Origin: Isurus oxyrinchus
Lineage: Eukaryota
Reading direction: 5' to 3'
DNA length: 64,000 bases
NCBI GenBank assembly: GCA_026770705.1
Contig: JANJGN010000013.1
Location: 57,660,001-57,724,000 of the forward strand
Below are positions 13,326 to 26,352 of this stretch, one piece after another. Numbering within the stretch: the first letter of the stretch is position 1; each line of letters opens with the position of its first letter. The notes under the pieces were generated by a model. That model ran no database searches and was not told the origin of the DNA. It saw only the letters and a program-made list of their open reading frames with translations. The translations under genes and the position numbers were made by a program.

Positions 13326-13877
13326 GCACTGATCCAGTTACATTTATATCAGTTGGATGTAAGGTGCAAGGAGGCATTATTATAAATCCATTCTACAGTG
13401 ATCCAAAGACAATAATTAGAGAATCGTCAGCGAGAAAAAGGCAAAGATTTGTCTCAGTAACCTCTTTGAAGTCTATGTAACAGTCACCATGTTTGTGGAT
13501 GATTCTATATCTTCATTTCCAGAAACACCCTTCAATACACTGACGATTTGTAAGTACAGCCTCGAGCTTTTTAAGTGGTCCTCGGGTTTAAAAGTTAACA
13601 GCAAATTGTTTGCAAATTGTTGGCACAGAATAGCACTTAATGGAAGTTACTCCTCATGTAGGGTTCCTCAGGGATCCATGTTGGGGCCATTGTTCTTAAG
13701 CATCTTCGTCAACGGTTTGAGTCTATCCTCAAAAGAGGTCACGCCATAAACATATTTGCATGTATTAGGAACGTAGATCAAACATGTTAGCTGATTTAAA
13801 TACTTTAGGTGGCCGATTTTCTTCAACTACATAAATGTAGTTTGAGGTAATTAGGCCCGGTTCATACAAGGCTCATC

Positions 13878-14284
13878 TTACAGTAGTACTAGCTTGGCCT
13901 AAATAGCCAAGTGGTTCTGGTACTGGGTTTGTAACCCCAAGATCGAGAGTTCAAATCTCACAATGGCAAACTATGAAACAATGTAACTTCATCTGAAACA
14001 GATGGAAATGGGTTTGTACTCGAAAGAGTATCAAGAGTTCAAATCTCACAATGGCAAACTATGAAACAATGTAACTTCATCTGAAATAACAGATGGAAAC
14101 GGGTTTGTACTCGAAAGAGTTACAGTAGTACTAGCTTGGCCTAAATAGCCAAGTGGTTCTGGTACTGGGTTGTAACACCAAGATCAAGAATTCAAATCTC
14201 ACAATGGCAAAACTATGAAACAATGTAATTTCATCTGAAACAGATGGAAACGGGTTTGTACTCGAAAGAGTTACAGCAGTACTA
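13878..14284 (+). mobile_element. tRNA-derived SINE array (two full units plus one partial) with triplicated 14-bp target
   Basis: Unit head GGCCTAAATAGCCAAGTGG (A box)...TTTGTAA...GAGTTCAAATC (B box) resembles tRNA-Thr(TGT). TTACAG(T/C)AGTACTA occurs at 13878, 14120 and 14271. Confidence 0.8.
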
Positions 14285-15069
14285 ATTAAACGTGACGGAA
14301 CAGGAGAGAAAATTGGGGTGGGGTCACAGTGGAAAAACGTTGAAGGTTTAGAACCACTGCCCTGTTAGGATATTAGAGTCCGTTGCCAAGACAGTGCAAT
14401 ATGAAGCTAAAGTCACAACACTTAGCTTGTATACAATGCCCTGATATCAGCGCATTTAAGTACTATAGTCACATTTGGCCCTATCACAGGGATGGAGATA
14501 CAGAGGACCCGGAAGATTTCGAGAGTAACAGAGGCAAGAAAGACCCGATGTCATCGGGCTGTTAGCTGTCAGAAAAGACTAAAGGATTTGTTTCCATAAG
14601 TGAATGTAGACGTAGAAAAGATATTACTGTCATTTTTAAAAGGCAAAATGGAATAAATTATTTCTGGCCAGAGGGAGAGATTATGCCAGATGGATAGGAA
14701 TAAAACAAGAGGTGTGAATATAAATTTCCAAAACAGGAAATTGAGACCAGGAAAATGATTATTAATTGTGAGAGACAAATCGATCTCTGGGACTCATAAC
14801 AGTGCTGGCCCGTATGGGTTCCGCATTGACAGTTAATTGGAAGATGAACAGATTAAGAGAGATAAAAGCAGAATGCTGCGGATGCAGAAAATTTGAATTA
14901 GAAACATAAAATGCTGGAAATACAAAGCAAGACAGACATCACCTGTGACGAGACAACCCGAGAAAACGATGCAAGTTACAGAATAGGGAGAGACGAATGG
15001 AACTAGTCTACGAAATACCAAGGCATTAGCTACCGTCAGAGTAAGAGGCAGTACAATAAAATCTAAATT

Positions 15070-15350
15070 GCTTTTGCACTGCATGTATGTGAACGCACGG
15101 AGTGTGGTTAATAACATTGGTGAACTTCAGGCACAGGCAGACACCAGAGGGCATGATGTTAAGCACTTAACGGAGACCTGGCCGACAAAAGGGCAGGACT
15201 AGATACTAAATATTCCTGGGTGCAAAGTATTCAGGCAAGGTAGGAAAGGAGAGAAAGGCGGAGTGGTAGCAATATTGATTCAGGAGAACCTTACCGTCCT
15301 GTAGAGAGATGTCCCAAACCGGTCAGGGACAAAATCGATTTGGCATAATA
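15070..15350 (+). mobile_element. CR1 ORF2 endonuclease N-terminus fragment
   Basis: Translates LHCMYVNARSVVNNIGELQAQ...LTETW (NARS and TETW motifs of the APE domain). Confidence 0.8.
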
Positions 15351-15539
15351 TAGACTGAAATACTAATAGGAAAATGGCAGAGAAAAAGAGAGAGAGAGCA
15401 AAGCCTCTGAAGTGTATTCAGAGGAAATTTTGAGATCAGTATATTTGTGGCCGAAGGAGGAAGGAGATGCTGCAGTATCTGATTCTAGGGAATGAGGGAG
15501 CATTAAAGAGACAGTAATCATAACATCATATAAGAAGAT

Positions 15540-15792
15540 CTTGTGCCTCATTTCCGAACTTGATGGCCATAGTTCATTATGTGACCAAATAGGTTAACGA
15601 CCAACGACCAGCCTGTAAATGCTTCCAATACGCCTGATGGCAGTCGGTAAGAACTGGGGAGCTTCGTCGTCAGCCATTCAGCAGAAGGCAATGGCAAAAC
15701 ACTGCAGTACTTTTCCAAGCAACATCATAGTCCTATCCAGTGAAAGTTCGTGGTCGCCAACTCTTCTTAGGGCATCGTATCTGGAGGAGGAG
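15540..15792 (+). mobile_element. RTE-associated SINE remnant
   Basis: AGAAGGCAATGGCAAAACACTGCAGTACTTTT resembles the GAAGGCAATGGCAAACCACTCCAGTA motif of RTE LINEs and their partner SINEs; GAGGAGGAG tail. Confidence 0.5.
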
Positions 15793-15799
15793 CATCATA

Positions 15800-18560
15800 T
15801 TACCGTAAGGTTAGGCAAAGAGAAGGGCGAGCAGAAATCCAGAAGATAATTCATTAGGGCTGAGAAGGCCCACGAAGTTTGGAATCCGTGGATACTGAGG
15901 GGTATACGGGAAGGGAATTGTGGAGGCACTGGCCACAACCTTCCTATCCTCCTTTGATACAAGAGTGGTGCCAGAGGACTAGAGAATTGCAAATGTTACT
16001 TGTACAAACAGGTGTAAGGATAAGCGCAGCAGCCACAAACAGAACAGTTTAAACTCAGTGGGGAAAAGCTTTTAGAAGCGGTAGTACAGGACATAATTAA
16101 CAGTTACTTCAACAAATGTGGATTCATTAAGAAAAAGCCACCACAGATTTTTTTTAAGCAAATTGTGTTTAATTAATTTGATTGAGCTTTTTGATCAGGT
16201 AATTGCGATGGTTGATTAGGGTAATGCAGCTGTTGTGGTGTACAGGTACTTCCAAAAGACGTTTGATAAAGTGCCACAGTACAGGTTTGCCGGCAGACAT
16301 AGAGCCGGTGGGGGAAAAAAGGGACAGCGGCAGCCTGAATACGAAGTTGGCTGGGTGACAAGAAACGAAAGGCGTTGTGAACGGTTGATTTCCGGAAGCC
16401 AGGAAGTTTTATACTGAGGTTCCTTTGAGGTCGGTAGTAAAACAACTGAGCTTGTTGATGTCTATTATTGACTTGGACCTGGGCACAGATTCAATATTTC
16501 CAGCTGACACAAAATGTTGAAGTATTGTGAACTATGAGGAGGATATGATAGGCTTCAGGTGGACATGGACAGGTGCAATGGACGAATATGTGGCAGGTGG
16601 AAATTGAGGCAGAGAATTATCCAGTGCTGCATTTTAGAAGGAAAATGAAGGGAGGCGATAGAAAATAAAGGATACGCTCTAAAAGCAGGTGCAGGAGCAG
16701 GGGTATGGGTTTGTATTTGCACACATCATAGAAGGCGGAAAAGTCGGGTGAGAAAATAAGACAGTCAGGATCACGGGCTTCGTAAATCGAAGCATGGAAT
16801 CCAAACGCAGGGGAGTCATGGTGACCTTCTTAAAACAATGTCAAACGTTCAACTGGAGTATTGTGTCACACAACCGACTTGTGAGAAAAGTTATTGCTCA
16901 TGGAATAAAAGGGACAGTAGCAACGTGAACGCAAAATTACCTGAAAAATGGGAAGCAGAGCGTGATGATCAATGGGTATTTTTCGGGCTCGAGGAAGCTT
17001 TGCAGTGAAATTCCCCAGGGATCGGCATTGGGATCCTTGCTTTTCCTGATATGTATTAATGATGTAAATTTGGTGCGCAGGGAGCAATTTCAAAGTTTGT
17101 AAATGACACAGCTTGGGGGTGTAAAGAACTGCGAGGAGGACGATGTGGAACTTTAGGAGGGAATAGGCAAGCTAGTGGAGTGGGAAGATAGGTGGCATGT
17201 GAAGTTCAATGTGAAGAAGTTTGAGGTGATGGGTTTTGATAGGAAGAACATGGGCAGGCCTTATAAAGTAAGGGGTGAAATTTTGAAGGGAGTGCAGAAG
17301 CAGAAAAACTTGGGTATAAGACAAAACAAAACTGCGGATGCTGGAAATCCAAACTTGGGTATATATGTGCATTGATCATTGAAGGTGGCAGGGCAGGTGG
17401 AGACTGCGGTTAATAAAGCATATAGTAACCTGGGCTTTATTAATAGGGGCAGAAAGTGCAAGAGCAGGGAGGTTATGCTGAATTCACATAAGACCCTCGT
17501 TAGACCTCAGCTGGAATATTGTGTACAGTTCTGGCACCATATTACAGGAAAGATGTGAACACATTGGAGAGAGTGCAGAAGACGTTTACAAGAATGGTTG
17601 CAGGGATGAGAAACTTCAGCTATGAGGAGAGATTGGAGAGGTTGGAACTGTTCTCCTTGGAGAGAAGAAGGCTGAGAGGAGATTAGATAGAGATGTTCAA
17701 AATTATGAAGGGGCTGGGCAGAGTAGATAGGGAGAAGCTGTTCCCACTAGTAAAAGGATCAAGAACGGGAGGAAGTGATTTAAAGTGAGTTACAAAAGAA
17801 ACAAGTGTGCTGTGAGAAAACAAAACTTACTCACACAACAAGTGCTTCGTGTCTGAAATGCACTGCCTGAAAGTATGGTGAAGGCAGGCTCAATCGAGGC
17901 ACTCAAGAGGACACTAGGTGATTATTTGAATAAAACGATGTGCAAGGGTGCCAGGAAAAGGCAGGTCAATTGAATGAAGTCATAATACTCATTTAGAGAG
18001 CCAGTGCAGACATGATGGGCCGAATGGCCTCTTTCTGTGCTGTTACGATTCTGTAATTTTGTGTCTAATTCTGGGCAGCACTATTTATGAAGAATCGAGG
18101 TTGATGATAGAAAGTGCAGAAAAGATTTACATTAATGGCTCCAGAGCCGTGCAATCTCCGTTATGTGGATAGATAAGATAACCTGCAGTTGTTCTACTTA
18201 GAAAAGAGAAGGTTGAGAGGAAATTTCTTAGAGATATTCAAAATCATAATGAATCTGGACAGAGTAGATAGGGAGATAGCGTTCCCATTGTTATGGTTGA
18301 GAACCAGGAGATCTCTATTTAATGCAAGAGGCAAAAGAAGCAAAGGTGGCCTGAGGAAAAACATTCTTTGCAGCGATTTGTTCAGAGTTAAATGCAATGG
18401 CTGAGATTGTGGTAGAGTCAAATATAATCGTGCCTTTCCAAAGGGAATTGAATAATTATTTGAAAATGCGAAATGTGTAGACCTACAGGGAAAAGGTGTG
18501 GGAACACGACTTGCTGAGTTGCTTATTTAGAAATCGGAGCAAAACAATAGGAGCAATAGA
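15800..18560 (+). mobile_element. stack of nested CR1-type RT fragments
   Basis: Repeated DFQK.FDKVP, PQGS.LG, W...FNV.K..VM and RR.RGDLIE.FKI motifs with many frameshifts. Confidence 0.85.
17306..17363 (-). mobile_element. 32-bp Penelope 3'-tip insertion with 13-bp TSD
   Basis: AAACTTGGGTATA at 17306-17318 and 17351-17363 flanks AGACAAAACAAAACTGCGGATGCTGGAAATCC. Confidence 0.85.
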
Positions 18561-19819
18561 TTCAATCCGATAGCATTGATCTAACTGTCCTGTATTTAAG
18601 CTTCATGGAAAGCAGGGCATATCCAATGTTAGGCGAGACGAGAATAGCAGAAACGAATGATTTCCGTAAATATTAGAACCTGCCTTCACTTACTTGGTTA
18701 CATTTGCAAATCGGAGAGAAGTTTCTCATCCTTAAAATTGGCCTCACTTTTTCCCTAGTTCTTTCTTCATGCTTCTCTCAGTAGATTGCTTGACAGGTTG
18801 ATGATGGGTAATGATAATGTTGGTGAACTGCTTCATGACTAGATCGAATGGACTTGGTGAACCAGATGTGCTTCTTGGCCTTATCTTCATTATGTCTGTA
18901 CAACCGATTTCACAGTTGTTTTGATGTATTCCCAAGAACGAACAAAAGGAGATAATAAGGGTTTAATTGTGACAAGGATGATTGTTAGCCCCAGATTTCG
19001 CAATTGCTCAGTTAACCAGAATTCTTATATCGTTTTGGTGCATTTAACGTCCTACAAAGTCCTACAAGGGCCCTCATAAAATTGTTATATAAAACACAGC
19101 TAACCATATAAGGAGATTTGAGGACAGATGATACAAAGCTCCGTCAAAGAGGTGTGTTTAAGGAGCAATTTAAAGGAATAGATGGAAGGGAAAAAGCAGA
19201 TTCGTTCATGGGGAAATTGCAGAACGAGGGCCAAGACAGCTGAAGGCATAGATCCAATGATTGAACGCTTAAAGTAGGGAATGCAAAATACGGCAGAATT
19301 GGACGAATGGAGACACCGCAAACGTTTGCAGTCTGTATGTGATAGCAGAGACATGAAGGAATTTGGGACGAGGATGAGCACTTCAGAATCAAGGGGCTTT
19401 CACTTTTGTTTTCGATATCAATAGAAGAGTGTCACAGGAATCAAAAATTGCATTTATGCAGCAACTCTAATTTAGGAAACAACCCCCGGCGCTTTAGAAG
19501 ACAGCGAACAGGCCACAATTGTACTGAGGCAAAGAAGCAGACAATAGGTCATGCACCGAAACACCTAGGCAAAGTGTTAGGTTGCAAATAGGGTGTTAAA
19601 GGAGGACAGGTGGACTCACAAAGATGTTTGCTGGGAGAGTGGGTGGGGGGAGGTGGATGGGGGAGGGGGATGGCCGTGGGGTGTGGGGAGGAATTCCACG
19701 GCGTAGGTTCCAAAGTGGCGGGGTGAAGGAAGTGGGAGATACACAGATTCCCAGGGTTAGAACTCCATAGCAGTTCGAGAGGGTTGTACGGCTGAAGGAT
19801 ATGAAAGGGATAAGGAAGG

Positions 19820-20915
19820 ACCAGCCCGTCGAAGGGTTCCAACTCCGCTGGTTGGAGTTATACCTAGCACAAAGGAAGATGGTTGTGATTGTTAGAGGTC
19901 AATCATCTCAGTTCAGGACATCACTGCAGTTTAGTGTATTCTGGTGTAGAGTATTCAGAATAGTGTCCTTGACGCAACCATATTCAGCTGCTTCATCAAT
20001 TACCTTCCCTCCACATAACATCAGCAGTGGGGATATTTGCGGATAGTTGCACAGTGACTCCTCAGATACTGAAAAAGTCCATGTCCAAATGCTGCAAGAT
20101 CTGAACAATATCCAGGCTTGGGCTGAGAAGTGGCAAGTAACATTCACACCACACAACTGATCAACTCCAACAAGGGAGAATGTAACCATCGCCCCTTGAT
20201 ATTAAATGGTATTATCATTGCTAAATCTGCCACTATCAAAATCCTAGGGATTACCATTGACCAGAAATTGAACCGAACATGCCATGTAAATACTGTGACT
20301 GCAAGGGCAAAGCAGGAGCTAGGGAGCCTGCGGCGAGTAACTCACCTCCTCACCCCCCAAAGCCTGTCCACCATCTACAAGGCACAAGTCAGGAGTGTGA
20401 AAGAATATTCTCCACTGGCCTGCATGAGTGCAGCTCTCAAGACACTTAAGAAACTTGACACCATCCGGGATAAAGCAGCCATTTGCTGGCACCCCATCCA
20501 CAAACATTCACTCCCTCCACCACGGATGAACAGTGGCAGCAGTGTGTACCATCTACATGATGCACTGCAGGAATTCACCAAGGCTCCTTAGGCAGCATCT
20601 TCCAAACCCAAAACAAAAACAGAATTACCTGGAAAAACTCAGCAGGTCTGGCAGCATCGGCAGAGAAGAAAAGAGTTGACGTTTCGAGTCCTGACGTTTT
20701 GAGGACTCGAAACGTCAACTCTTTTCTCTGCCGATGCTGCCAGACCTGCTGAGTTTTTCCAGGTAATTCTGTTTTTGTTTTGGATTTCCAGCATCCGCAG
20801 TTTTTTTGTTTTTATCTTCCAAACCCAAGGCCAGTACCATCGGGAAGGGCAAGGGCAGCACGTACATGGGAACATGACCACCTGGAAATTCCCCTCCAAG
20901 CCACCCACAATTCCA
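19820..20915 (+). mobile_element. CR1-like LINE RT C-terminus and 3' region
   Basis: ORF 20130-20591 (LGITIDQKLN...IYKAQVRSVKEY) is paralogous to 62089-62631. Confidence 0.85.
20597..20828. mobile_element. palindromic Penelope-terminus insertion with 15-bp TSD
   Basis: ATCTTCCAAACCCAA at 20597-20611 and 20814-20828; the interior is two inverted copies of the PLE terminus. Confidence 0.9.
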
Positions 20916-23341
20916 TCAATGAATAAAAAAGAAGTGGCACCTATTCAAATCCCTTTTCGAAATCCAAATACACTGCATCTCATGTTTCCCCTTTATCCAC
21001 CTGCTTGTTACATGCTCAAAGAATTCTATTACATTTGTCACGCACGATTTCCCTTTCATATAACCATGGTGACTCCTCTTGATTGCATTATGATAGTCTA
21101 AATGTCTTGCTACTACTTCCTTAATTATGCACTTCAGCATTTTCCCAATGAGGTTATCTGGTGAAAAAACTGGAAGTCAGCTCACAGAAATACTTGAGTC
21201 TGTTGTTACCTATCGGCTGAATTTATCAATGGTGGAAAATATATTTTTCAGGATATAAATAACTATGCCAAACTTAATGTTAACTAATATGAGCTCTATA
21301 AAGGGTTTACACTTTCAAGAGCGGGGATGTAAAGAGGCGGAGCCGCCCGGACAATTCTAGAGTCCAGTATCACCGAGAAATGTAAAACAAAAAAGTGCAG
21401 TCGACAAGTTACAGGTATGGCCTTGTTTCGAACTTCAGTCTCTGAGAGTGACTGCTTAATCCTGTTTACTACTGATTGAATCTTCATTTAGGTGTAAGAA
21501 ATGCCCTTTTTGAGTTTGTCGCCCTGTCGTGTCACCTTGTTTGCCAGTTAGGGGAACCTGGCTCATGTAGCCGCAGATTGCAATCAATGTTACCGCCCAT
21601 TACTCCGAGTCTTCACCCAAGCCTGACACAATGAAGTTCAAGCTTGTGAGCTTTCCAGTTGTTTCTCGCCTGCCTATATTTGCTTCATTCGATATGTCCT
21701 GGCAAGATTATTTACCCAACTGCATCAGAGCCTCTGTCCAATGTTTAATGACTCAAGTTGGCCCCTGTTACTCCATTTCCTCCTCCTTAACAGGTCTTTT
21801 TAATTTCACAGAATTACAGAACTTTAACAGTACAGAAGGAGGCCATTCGGACCATCGTGTCTGCACCGGCTTCCCAAATGAGCATTATGACCCAGTGCTA
21901 TTACCCTGTCTTTTCCCCGTATGCCTGCACGTTGTTTCTATTCAAATTATTATCTAACGCCCTCTTGAATGCCTCCATTGAACCAGCACCACACTTCCAG
22001 ACAGTATATTCCAAACAAGAGTCACTTCTGGGGTGAAAAAGTTTTTTCTCACGTGACATTTGCAATTTCTGTGATTCTGGTTCTGTGATTCTGTGATATT
22101 CGTTTATAAAAGTACAAGTAGACTTTATATTCGTGGTGATGCTGCCCGTGTCAGTTTGCAGAGCTAAGACTAATCTTTGTTACTACTTATTCAGATTTGT
22201 AGAGTTTAACTTCCAGCAATATCGCTGCAGGGCAGCTGGCGCACCGAGTATGGGGGCTCACGAACGAAACTACCACCTCGGGAATGTGTGGCGCGGGATG
22301 TGAGGGAAATATGTCTCCACGTAAAATCGAGCCCTTCAGCTCAGATCCGAACACTAAGCTGTACAAAGCTGAGCTGTGTCCTGGTAATTCTGCACTTGGA
22401 TCGCCCTCTCAACTGCTGTCTTTGCATTCCTATTACTGTCCTCATGTCTAACAAGTCTTTTGGTTCCAGATCTAATGAACCTGTCTTTTTAAAAACATAG
22501 TTTCAATGAGATCATTCATGTGCTTTGCATTATCCCTAAACTAGTTTCTTTCAGAGTGATATTAAAATTCACAATAATGCATTCATAATGCATTCTCCTC
22601 ATGTCGAGTTAGCGGTTATCTAGGTACATCTAAAACTCCAAAGAGTGATGGTTCAATCTACCTTGTGTACAGGAAAATAACATTTATTCTACTGTTCCTT
22701 TTCATATGCCTCTTCTCAATGGAATAATATTGAATTCAAAATGCGCTGTACAATGTGGATCCTTCATATGATCAGGAATTAGGAATTTTAACTTGGCAGC
22801 ATGAACTCTGGGACGACCATTCAGCATTTGAATTGGAAAATACGGCAAGAAAATGGCAAAAACCGGGGGATAGGATAATTTGGGAACCTCTTCGAAACAA
22901 CTGGAAGGAGCGAATAGATTTCTTTTGTGCAGAAAAATCTAGGATTAGTGCGTACATTTTTCAGCCCGGGTTACGTAATCATTTTACTTGATTCTGACTA
23001 AGATTTATATTTTCCAACGAACATGCTACCATATTTGGCCCGAATATAGTTTCTCACCGAGATCACACAGCACAAGCGCGAATGAACAATGCAATCGCAG
23101 GCGCAGTGTATTTCAATCAATTTACAGACCTCAGTTAGCCAATGAAGCATTTAAGAAGATAGATTATTACCAAATGATCACACATTCATTTTGTAAAATG
23201 GTTATTTCGCCCAAGTGTTAGACGGCCTTATGTAAATTTGCAAAAGGTTAGGACTCGCGATTTGACTGTTTTAAATTGCTCATAAGTTCAAAGATAAGCA
23301 AGAAAAGAATAGCACCAGCTGAGACAATGAAAGAAAAATTT

Positions 23342-23347
23342 TTTATT
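23342..23347 (-). terminator. polyadenylation signal of cluster 2
   Basis: TTTATT (AATAAA on -) ~205 nt downstream of the C2 stop. Confidence 0.7.
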
Positions 23348-23553
23348 GTACTGCAATGGCACGGAGAAGGTGAGATGATACCAGAGTCAGCACACCCTCG
23401 CGATACACTCAATGGAATCAAACAAACAATATGGGAATTTTTGTTATAATTTCAAATAGAGCGATTAAAATAAAAAATCCAGCCTTTAAGTTCGAATTGC
23501 TCACTAATGATTTTTACTATTGATATCATAGAGTATTACCCAGGATTGTTGCA

Positions 23554-23871
23554 TCAGATACAATTGGACTTCTCTATACTTTTTTTTAGCCGGTTTGCTA
23601 GAGCCTCGTGTTTAACCAGACAGGAGTAAAGCTCGTGTGTGTTCCAGTCTGAGGCTGACAGAGTCAGATAACTGCTCACGCTGAAAGTGTTGTCCGTCTC
23701 CTGCTGGATCCGACTGGTCTCAACCCCATTGCCTCTGACACTGCCATCTACAGTCCATTCAATCTCCACAGCTCCCGGCTTAAAACCGCTCACCAAACAC
23801 ACCAGGGTCCCTTTATCCTTTTCTTTGATCCGACAAAGGCGGAAGGAGGGAGACCGAGGGCGCCCGCGGCT
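23554..23871 (-). pseudogene. Ig light chain constant exon, cluster 2, frameshifted
   Basis: Acceptor TTTCTAG, then PRAPSVSLLPPLSDQ followed by a 5-nt deletion giving TAA at 23813-23815. The downstream frame KDKGTLVCLVSGFKPG...YSCLVKH...SNCI* is otherwise intact. Confidence 0.93.
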
Positions 23872-26352
23872 CTAGAAAATGTCGAAACAACGTGTGACGA
23901 TATGGTGCAAATTAGATACAGTCGAAATCCAACGATTTACATTTTCATGTTTTATTTTTATCTAACTGTGCAAGTTATGTGTTGTAGAATGAAAGCTTCA
24001 TGTTCCTTAAATAATTACATTGAGTCAGCGATGCAGTAACCTATGTAACGACCTGAACAATTTCAGAGGGCACCGCGCATTTCGAAAAAGGGTGACTGAC
24101 AGATTTTAATTCTTAATTAGATTAACTCCTGGAGATCACGATTTTGCTTTTCTCCGATTCTCCTTTCATGTTCAGTGCAAACTAATTGCGAGCATTGCGA
24201 TGTAAATTCAATAACGCTCAGCGGCGACAACCTTTGTCGGATTATTAGATACAATTTGCAACAGAGAAACATGCCGTTCTCTCCAACTGGTCTATGCCCA
24301 TACTACTGCTCCAGCGGAGTCTCCTCTCACCCTACTTCATCTAATTCTGTCCGCAAAGCCCACTATCCATTTCTCCCTCGTGTATCCAATTTCCCCCTAA
24401 AGACACTGGCGCTGCTCTCCCTAATTACTCCATGTGGTCGCAAACTACACATTGTAAGCACTCTGTGTAAAGAGCTTTCTCTCTGATTCTTTACTGGTTT
24501 TATTAATGGCCATGTAAATATTTATAAACTGACTATTTGGATGAGCACGAAAGTGGACATATCTTTTCTATATCTATGCTATCAAACACTTCCGGAATTT
24601 CACAGTGTGTAATCGGCCATTCCTCAGCTCTCTCTTTTGCAGAGTAAAATGCCCCAGTCCGTTTAATCTTTCAGAGCAACAGTCTGGCTAGTTTGTTTTT
24701 CAGTCGCTTATGAGTTGAGTGCTGGAACCACTGTTGCACCCGGGAAAAGACAGGCTCGAGACACTGTTTGATCCAAACGCTCTCAATTAGTTCAGATTTT
24801 AGCTGCCCAGTCACACGAAAGCTCAGCTATTTCTACTCGTATATATTACATTAAAGGAATAATGAGCAGCATCACATAGCATCAAATCAGGTCACACACT
24901 TAACACCTTGAAGCGCGGTGATCGTAAACAAAGCAAGAAGCTAGACATGCCAATCCGTGTCTTTTCAGGCAATGGTTGAGGCAGGAGTCGGGGGGAACTG
25001 TGGCATTACGGACTGCGACTTGGGTGGGAATGGAGACCGACTGCGACTTTTTGCTGTTCCTCGAATAGCGCCAAGAGATTGTGAACACTCGCTTGAATCT
25101 GGGATACCGATTTATGACCTCATCCGAAGGAAGGCACTTATGACAATGCTGCACTCCCTCAGTATCACTGTTTCCTTTGTTGGGGGAATCCAGGCAAGGA
25201 GGCAAGGTCTTAAAAATGGATCGAGACAATGAAGGAGTAAAATCAGGAAGCAGGTTATCACAAACAGGGTGGTACAAATCTGAAACTGCCTGCCCCAGTA
25301 CCGTTGTGGAAATTTGGTAATTTGAAGTTTTGAGGACTCAGGTCAATAGATTTTTTCGAGGAAAAATTTAGGAAGGTTAAAGGGAGCGAAGGGAGTGGAG
25401 CCGAGCGTTGATCCAATAGAAAGGTGGAACCGGCTGAAGGTGATCCTGTTCCTGTTCCACTGTATCTCCTGGAAAGGCGATTACATCGAATATGTTCTGA
25501 TACAAATGTAAGGAAGTTATTACCTGACATAAGCCAACCGCCAGGCGGGTAGAAAGTTTGAAGTTGTAATCTCCTGCTCTGATCCAAAGGAGTGTCAGGC
25601 CATATGGCAGAGGAGCTCCAGCCCTGCACCCTCACGTACACCAATCTTCTTATGAAACAGAAAAGTGAATAACATGTGCCCAACTGCAGGAAATATTTCC
25701 CAGAGTTCGTGACGGCGATCAACCAAGCTCTCGTAGATCACAATTACCCAGGGCGATTTATTTGTTCGAATCGAGCTAATCTCTTCTGAAAATATTTTCT
25801 AGTTTATTTAAAACCATTGAATCACACTAAACATGAATCGCCGCCTCCATCCATAAATTCCCTCTAAAGACAACAAATCACTACTTCCATTTTATCTCTG
25901 ACAATCTCAACACACCGTCTCCAAAAAAGAACATCAACTTCATAAAATGTGCAATTTAACTTAAAAGTTCCAAGCGAATCAGGATGCATTATTGTTAGTC
26001 ATTACTTACTAATGAAGTTATGAAAAATGACTAACAAGAAACACAGTGTTGAAATAGTCACAATATCTGAACTATTTCAGCGGAATATATGTATTATAAA
26101 TAAACTGGCCCATGCCCAGTTCCGCCCTGGATCCCCATAAACAAATATTCCGAAGATTTCAGAATGCCTATTTTAGTGTAACATTTTCTGCAGCATTTGG
26201 CAAAATAGAAACGCATTTCCTTCTAAACACCAAGAGATAATGCATGAATTATCAGCTTTTATTCAAAGCATTTCTCTGCTACTGGATGAAGTCACAATTT
26301 CAGAACTCGAAATTCAAAAATCTCAGATGTACATAGTGAAAATTGCACTTAC

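Noticed and set aside
13878-14284. CRISPR-like array or functional tRNA genes
   Set aside because: Eukaryotic context and no unique spacers. The acceptor and anticodon stems do not pair properly, so this is a SINE.
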